Shown here: piece by piece, positions 63,701 to 64,000 of the stretch
Layout: every line of letters begins with the position of its first letter
Position numbering within the stretch: the first letter of the stretch is position 1
Source: Eledone cirrhosa
Lineage: Eukaryota
Reading direction: 5' to 3'
DNA length: 64,000 nucleotides
Assembly (NCBI GenBank): GCA_964016885.1
Contig: OZ024740.1
Coordinates: forward strand, 441,068,001 to 441,132,000
The notes under the pieces: generated by a model
Database searches by the model: none
The model's input: the letters and a program-made list of their open reading frames with translations, nothing else
What the model was told of the DNA's origin: nothing
Program-made: the position numbers and the translations under genes

Positions 63701-64000
63701 CGCTAATCCGGTCTCTGTAGGCCTTGCGCGCTGGTAAGGACGCGTTTAGCTTCCAGTAGCCGGGTCCTCGTCTATGAAGCCTATCTAAGTCAAGCACACA
63801 GATCACGAATTTGTGGTCCGTGTAGCTGACTATCTTGAATTGTGGACAGCCTATGCTAGACCTATCTATTTCCCTACAAAATACTCTATCTAGATATGAT
63901 CTGGATGACCCTATGCGGTTTGTCCAAGTCCACATTGGCACATTCGGGAAATCCAATCGGTACCTGTCAGACAGTTCAAAACGCCTGAGCAGGTTGGTGA
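60761..64000 (-). mobile_element. Tx1-like LINE unit 8 (3' part; continues beyond the window)
   Basis: Tail, 3'UTR and most of ORF2. Confidence 0.93.
61074..64000 (-). CDS. Unit 8 ORF2p (5' end outside the window)
   Basis: Matches the other ORF2 copies up to the window edge; RT motifs intact. Confidence 0.92.
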   Translation of the reverse strand, partial: TNLLRRFELSDRYRLDFPNVPMWTWTNRIGSSRSYLDRVFCREIDRSSIGCPQFKIVSYTDHKFVICVLDLDRLHRRGPGYWKLNASLPARKAYRDRISELVKRALTGAIVNNKWWFALKRAIRIESIRFSKALAIEKNRAEGELVRKLDEALSKGIATDVLAAKLALDQFFNAKHEGCVVRARVRALRHEGTKAVQWARVAEARRGNKATIRSLVDHDGRMLLDPEQMCEAFQQHFAQLFGGSGGPGRGMDFSVYLDGLPRLSATEAKCCEKPITAAEVREAMTGCTRGKSPGLDGLPYELYVQMPDLFGGLLADVYCNWQQNGRIPSSVSRGAVALLRKDPNKGDNIDNFRPITLLNTEFKILAKVLAKRLALVVGGLVGEAQTCAIPDRSIHDNLHLMRYIVERVAREPGTGGSLINLDQSKAFDRVDHRYLAAVLRAAGFGPVFRGWIAAMHSDICSVVRVNGHLSEPFNIMRSVRQGCPLSSLLYVLTLEPLLHKLETLRGVPRELGCGRSVSAYADDVTVVVSNAKHIEAIGTTLREYEAVTGAMINQEKSVGLQLGTWRGRSMPSNSVVGRWTDGPVKLLGVWFGPDLQTDKNWDEVTSRVASLTQKWAERKLSLKGRAEVANAYIASVICYRLTVVPCPKPRLTALERLLFRFLWKGRAPMVRRSICCQHPLRGGLGMPWLMMRRHALRLRHLHLFLDGDQVWSPFARRVFPQLVSLTELQSWVKRRPRGSAWRLECLQALTALDQSGNVIGGNSTSAFYRGLVEGKSDDVLGETLGVDENQLANLFGRTFGPGPMDNFQKSLAWQCYRGALPVRDKLYRHGGAVSRACPRCAQGDETVLHALVQCPKIADLWVYVEHLLSRLGRIQLSSESIVRIAPPSSFSREGQAVFICLVAMAKEIVWWTRLKGLKTSTYLFGDALIDFFKFHLKRKIRVEKEVLSSQHFVERWVREARMARVNGPTLSIYL

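Larger units (their letters stand above)
18492..64000 (-). repeat. Head-to-tail tandem array of >=8 full-length Tx1/L1-clade LINEs (period ~6.0-6.07 kb)
   Basis: Junctions ...CCATGGCATTC|AATAATAAT... at 24494, 30489, 36520, 42550, 48615, 54688 and 60760. ORF1/ORF2 repeat in every unit. Confidence 0.97.

Noticed and set aside
18702-63720. Many 60-210 aa plus-strand and alternative-frame ORFs repeated in each unit
   Set aside because: Antisense or frame shadows of ORF1/ORF2 with no motifs; they recur only because the unit is repeated.

Overview
Eukaryotic, AT-rich, repeat-dominated DNA with no recognisable host gene. The tRNA-derived SINE family and microsatellite style suggest an octopus (cephalopod) genome; this is an inference. 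Positions 1-18.4 kb are a patchwork of (TA)n/(GT)n microsatellites, 23-bp and 38-bp minisatellites, SINEs, RTE- and CRE-like remnants, several fold-back palindromes, and a defective Penelope-like element (RT + GIY-YIG). The Penelope-like element is arranged as a ~2-kb inverted duplication and carries minimal hammerhead-ribozyme motifs. From ~18.49 kb to the window end is an uninterrupted head-to-tail array of at least 8 copies (7 complete, 1 partial) of a ~6.0-6.07 kb full-length Tx1/L1-clade non-LTR retrotransposon, all on the minus strand. Each copy has ORF1 (RRM-like + CCHC) and ORF2 (APE-RT-zinc finger). Copies are joined only by an interrupted (ATT)n tail, share identical 5' ends, and have open ORFs except ORF2 of the edge copy. 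This intact LINE 'macrosatellite', with the polarity of telomeric retrotransposon arrays, is the most striking feature.
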